Origin: Armatimonadia bacterium
GTDB taxonomy: Bacteria > Armatimonadota > Zipacnadia > Zipacnadales > UBA11051
Assembly (NCBI GenBank): GCA_039683575.1
Contig: JBDKRC010000176.1
Location: 1 to 36,982 of the forward strand
Reading direction: 5' to 3'
DNA length: 36,982 bases
In this document: one piece after another, positions 33,768 to 36,982 of the stretch
How positions within the stretch are numbered: the stretch's first letter is position 1
How the letters are laid out: every line of letters begins with the position of its first letter
Notes under the pieces: model-generated
What the model saw: the letters and a program-made list of their open reading frames with translations, nothing else
The model's database searches: none
What the model was told of the DNA's origin: nothing
Made by a program: the position numbers and the translations under genes

Positions 33768-36653
33768 TCACCCGCGCCGTATCCGTCCCACAAGCACCCG
33801 TACCGGACCCACCAGCCCTCCCCGCAAGTCCTCCTCCATCATCGGCAGCGTCCTCTGGTAGTAGGGGTTGAGCCAACCTTTTGCCTTAGCTTCCTCTATC
33901 ACATTCTCGCTGCAGAACTGGTTGGCCAGCGTATTGGCCACCGTTATCCGCAGTTCATTGTCCCCTGCCGCCACCTGCCCTGTCAGATCCACCGCATACG
34001 GAGCCCAGATCGCCTCCGCCACCATCTTGCCATTGAGCACCACCCGCGCCGCCCAGTACACCTTACCCAGATCCAGCAGCAGCGGCTCCCCTGCCAGTTC
34101 CTCCGCCACCGGGAAGCGGAACACATACTCGACCTCCCCCGAGAAGTCCACCAGCGGCCACTCCTCCCAAAGCTTCAGCGGTGCCGGCATCCCGGGGAAT
34201 ACCTGCGGAAGGTCCTCCTCCACCACATATTCAATGGTCCCATCCATCAGCACATGCTGCCGCACCACTCGCGCCTCGTCCGCGCCCTCAAACTCCACCA
34301 GCACATCCGCATGCGGCACCCGCGACGACCGGTGCTCGGGGTTCGCCAGCCACCGCACGAACTCATGACTCTCCGGCGTCCCCAGCTCCTCTGTTGCTTC
34401 CTCACCTCTTCGCAGGACGGGCGTCTCGCCCGTATCCAACACCGGCCGCGCCACGAGCACCTGCGTCCCCCACGGCGGCAGCACCAGCGTAACCTCATGC
34501 GCCTCCCCAGCCTCCGCCTCGGCCAGCACACTCCGCTCCCCATCCCGCAAGTCCCAAGCCTCCAGCACCATCCCTGTGGAGTCGCTGGTAGGAGCGCTCC
34601 CCTGAGCGCGATCGGGTACGCTCCCCTCGCGACCGCGTGCGCCACCCTCGCGACCGTCGCCCGCTATGGTGCCTGTAGGAGCGGTCACCAGACCGCGATC
34701 CTGCGGCGGCCTGAACCCAAAGAACGGCTCCAGCGTCTTGTCGCTGCTATTGGTCAACAGATACAACTTCGCCCCCTCAACCTCCCTGACGCTCATCAAC
34801 AGATCCGGCAACGGGTCCAGCAGCTTCAGCCACTGATCGCGCAGCTTCAGCCCCTCCAGCGCCGTCTCCAGATCATCGGCCTCCACCGGCTTCACTCCCG
34901 CCTGCCCCAGCCGCTCCATGGCCCGCTCGAACTGCTCCAGCCCCTGCATCTCCGCCGGCTGCACCGGCCACTGCCCCAGCATCACTAACCGCCCACCCGC
35001 CTCCGCAAACTCCGCCAACTCCTCGAGCGCCGCCGCCGAGATTGCCAGCGACCTGGGCACGATCACTGCCTGATAGGACAGGTTGCAGCCCGCCCCTCCG
35101 ACCCCGGCCCCGCAGATCCGGCTCAGCAAATCCCCGTCAATGAAGTCGAACGCGACCTGCATCTCAGTCAGCGTCAGCGCGGCCGTCTCTGTCGTCTCCC
35201 AGGCCGCCGCCACCCCTTCTCGCGTCCATAGCGCCTCTGCCGGGTAGTAGATCGCCACTGGCGCCGCCTCCGCCGAGTTCCGCACCAGCATCGACATGCG
35301 CCCGACATAGTCCGCAAATCCGCCGTAGTACGGCCACTGCGGACTACCCTCCCCAAAGTGGCTTATCGTCCCAAACACTCGCCCGCCCTGGGTCGTGTAG
35401 CAGTACGCCATCTGCCCATACAGATTGATGCCGCTCTGGAACTGGTAATCAGCGACCCACCGCGCTTGCTCATACGTCAGCCCCGCTCCATACACCGCAT
35501 TCGTCTCGGTAATCGCCAGCCCTCGCCACGGCTCTGGCAGCACCTGCTCCTTGCGCTTGGCCGCCGAGGCTGCCAGCCGCGGGAACGGGAAGTTCGCCTT
35601 GCCCGGGAATATCTGTCGCCAGATCGAGTCCACCCCCGGCGCGTGCAGTTGCCCCGCTGTCCGGAAGAAGTGCCCGAATGACACGTGGTCCGGCAGGTTA
35701 TCCTCCCCGCCCACGTGCCCCGTATGGATCAGACCGTGCTCCCCGCACCATTCGGTGATTTGCTGCCAGTAAGCCTGCCCGAACCTGTCGGTCAGGCAGT
35801 TGTAGTACTCGCACCGCGCCGCCAACAGCTCATGTTCGGAATACCGCTCCACCACATGCGGCCCGACGACCTCCGGGCTGAACAGCAGCGGCAGATAGAT
35901 CCGCGCATCCCGCCCCATCCGCGCCGTCAGCATCTGCAGAAACTGCCGCGTCCACGGAATCGCCTCGCCCCCGATCCCCCCGCCCAGTGGCGTCTCATCG
36001 GTAAACATCCCCGGAATGGTCGTGCCAAAGTAGTCCCCGACCGCCTCTACATACTTCTCGTGGGTCACCTCTACAAAGCGCCGCACCGCATCCGGGTTGA
36101 GGATATCCACCGGAAATCCATCCGGCACAAGCGTAAAGGCAATCACTTCATCATACGGGCAAAGCCCCTGCGCCAGCTCTTTGGGATCAAGCGGTACCGG
36201 CACTCCCATCTCCGGCAGCCCGACCGCTGCCACCAGTTCCCCCTCGCAGGTGCTGGTATCACCGCAGTCCAGCCGCACCGCATGCAGGCGCCTGCCACGG
36301 AACTCCGGATGCCCCTCAGTAACCTTCCCCTGCGCTGTCCCGGACGGCCAACCGCCCTCGTCATAGAGCCACGCATAGAGCCCATGCTCCTCCGCCAGCT
36401 CCACGGCGTAGCGTACGAACTCGAAATACTCATCGCTCAGGTACGGAGGCGTGATCCCCTCGACGAAATCCCCCAGCCGGAAATTCTCGCCCATGGGATG
36501 GATAAAGAACCCGCCCGCGCCCTTGGCCGCAAAGTCAGCCACCTGCCTCGCGATCTCCTCGCGGTCAAGCTTCCCATTCCAGATCCAAAAAAGCATCGGC
36601 CTGTAAGCCGCCGCCGGATCAGCAAATCCCTCAGTCAACCCAAAGTAGTCCAT
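33768..36653 (-). CDS. GH106-like (alpha-L-rhamnosidase-like) glycoside hydrolase with C-terminal GH2-type sugar-binding domain
   Basis: FWIWNG, GAGGFFIH, YLSDEYF, WLYDEGGWPSG, MFTDE, PGVD, ETNA, FSG.VEY.F, LDLG.V, GDNELRITVANT, GLVGPV; GGAGG SD before ATG 36653. Confidence 0.85.
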   Translation of the reverse strand: MDYFGLTEGFADPAAAYRPMLFWIWNGKLDREEIARQVADFAAKGAGGFFIHPMGENFRLGDFVEGITPPYLSDEYFEFVRYAVELAEEHGLYAWLYDEGGWPSGTAQGKVTEGHPEFRGRRLHAVRLDCGDTSTCEGELVAAVGLPEMGVPVPLDPKELAQGLCPYDEVIAFTLVPDGFPVDILNPDAVRRFVEVTHEKYVEAVGDYFGTTIPGMFTDETPLGGGIGGEAIPWTRQFLQMLTARMGRDARIYLPLLFSPEVVGPHVVERYSEHELLAARCEYYNCLTDRFGQAYWQQITEWCGEHGLIHTGHVGGEDNLPDHVSFGHFFRTAGQLHAPGVDSIWRQIFPGKANFPFPRLAASAAKRKEQVLPEPWRGLAITETNAVYGAGLTYEQARWVADYQFQSGINLYGQMAYCYTTQGGRVFGTISHFGEGSPQWPYYGGFADYVGRMSMLVRNSAEAAPVAIYYPAEALWTREGVAAAWETTETAALTLTEMQVAFDFIDGDLLSRICGAGVGGAGCNLSYQAVIVPRSLAISAAALEELAEFAEAGGRLVMLGQWPVQPAEMQGLEQFERAMERLGQAGVKPVEADDLETALEGLKLRDQWLKLLDPLPDLLMSVREVEGAKLYLLTNSSDKTLEPFFGFRPPQDRGLVTAPTGTIAGDGREGGARGREGSVPDRAQGSAPTSDSTGMVLEAWDLRDGERSVLAEAEAGEAHEVTLVLPPWGTQVLVARPVLDTGETPVLRRGEEATEELGTPESHEFVRWLANPEHRSSRVPHADVLVEFEGADEARVVRQHVLMDGTIEYVVEEDLPQVFPGMPAPLKLWEEWPLVDFSGEVEYVFRFPVAEELAGEPLLLDLGKVYWAARVVLNGKMVAEAIWAPYAVDLTGQVAAGDNELRITVANTLANQFCSENVIEEAKAKGWLNPYYQRTLPMMEEDLRGGLVGPVRVLVGRIRRG
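34412..34433 (+). repeat. Intragenic REP-like element
   Basis: gcaggacgggcgtctcgcccgt versus gtaggacgggcgtctcgcccgt at 25921 (1 mismatch). Confidence 0.75.
34588..34700 (+). repeat. Intragenic REP-like cluster
   Basis: 34588-34611 is identical to 14718-14741; 34675-34700 matches 22136-22161; ccctcgcgaccg occurs twice between them. Confidence 0.88.
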
Positions 36654-36693
36654 CAACGCCTCCAGTGCTCGTCTATCGCGTTCATCTCGACCC

Positions 36694-36716
36694 GTAGGGG
36701 CGGACCGCGGTCCGTC
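36694..36716 (+). repeat. REP-like element
   Basis: gtaggggcggaccgcggtccgtc, followed by the gccgttatccccgaccaac tail also seen in the 33.6-33.7 kb array. Confidence 0.75.
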
Positions 36717-36750
36717 GCGCCGTTATCCCCGACCAACATTCGCCTCGCCA

Positions 36751-36837
36751 GGAAATGGGGACTGACACCAATTTCGAAACCTTCCCAAGCTTCTCTCAAC
36801 AAACCGTGATGCGAAATTGGTGTCTGTCCCCGTTTCC
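36751..36837. repeat. 26-bp inverted repeat (2 mismatches) with 35-nt spacer
   Basis: ggaaatggggactgacaccaatttcg ... cgaaattggtgtctgtccccgtttcc. Confidence 0.8.
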
Positions 36838-36948
36838 ACCAACCCTCACCTCCACCACCTTCGCCTCGCCCAACCCCGATTCCCGATTCCCCCTCCCCCC
36901 GCCTCACTCACAAAAACTAAACGTCTCCACAACCTCTCGCCGTCCGCT

Positions 36949-36982
36949 GTAGGGCCGGGGCTCGTACCCGGCCGCGCCGTTA
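36949..36982 (+). repeat. REP-like element at the window edge
   Basis: gtagggccggggctcgtacccggcc, a variant of the 33610/33688 copies. Confidence 0.8.

Noticed and set aside
33660-36809. Long antisense or alternate-frame ORFs (442 aa and 374 aa here; likewise 17370-18494, 6518-7864, 30756-31709)
   Set aside because: Shadow ORFs expected in high-GC DNA opposite well-supported genes; no recognisable motifs.

Overview
High-GC bacterial window. Gene content suggests a glycan-degrading Armatimonadota- or PVC-like organism, which is inference only. It holds about 22 plausible CDS: large secreted multidomain glycan enzymes (heparinase II/III-like plus propeller; PcRGLX/YetA-like lyase plus CBM), GH116, GH106-like, a tandem alpha/beta-hydrolase, DUF4838, UroD-family and deacetylase-like genes, an ECF sigma/anti-sigma/RseB-like triad, a GldAFG-like ABC system with DUF4340, and a divergent aspartokinase-like gene without ACT domains. 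I found no rRNA, tRNA, CRISPR or transposase. The most striking non-genic signal is about 24 GTAG/GTGG-hairpin REP-like elements of at least three families. All read on the + strand regardless of gene direction. They form head-to-tail mixed arrays, supply or abut stop codons, and sit in-frame inside the GH106 gene. Also notable: a candidate small RNA bounded by two terminators (about 31985-32100) and a UroD-family gene whose conserved N-terminus has no canonical start codon. Family assignments come from motif recognition by eye, not database searches.
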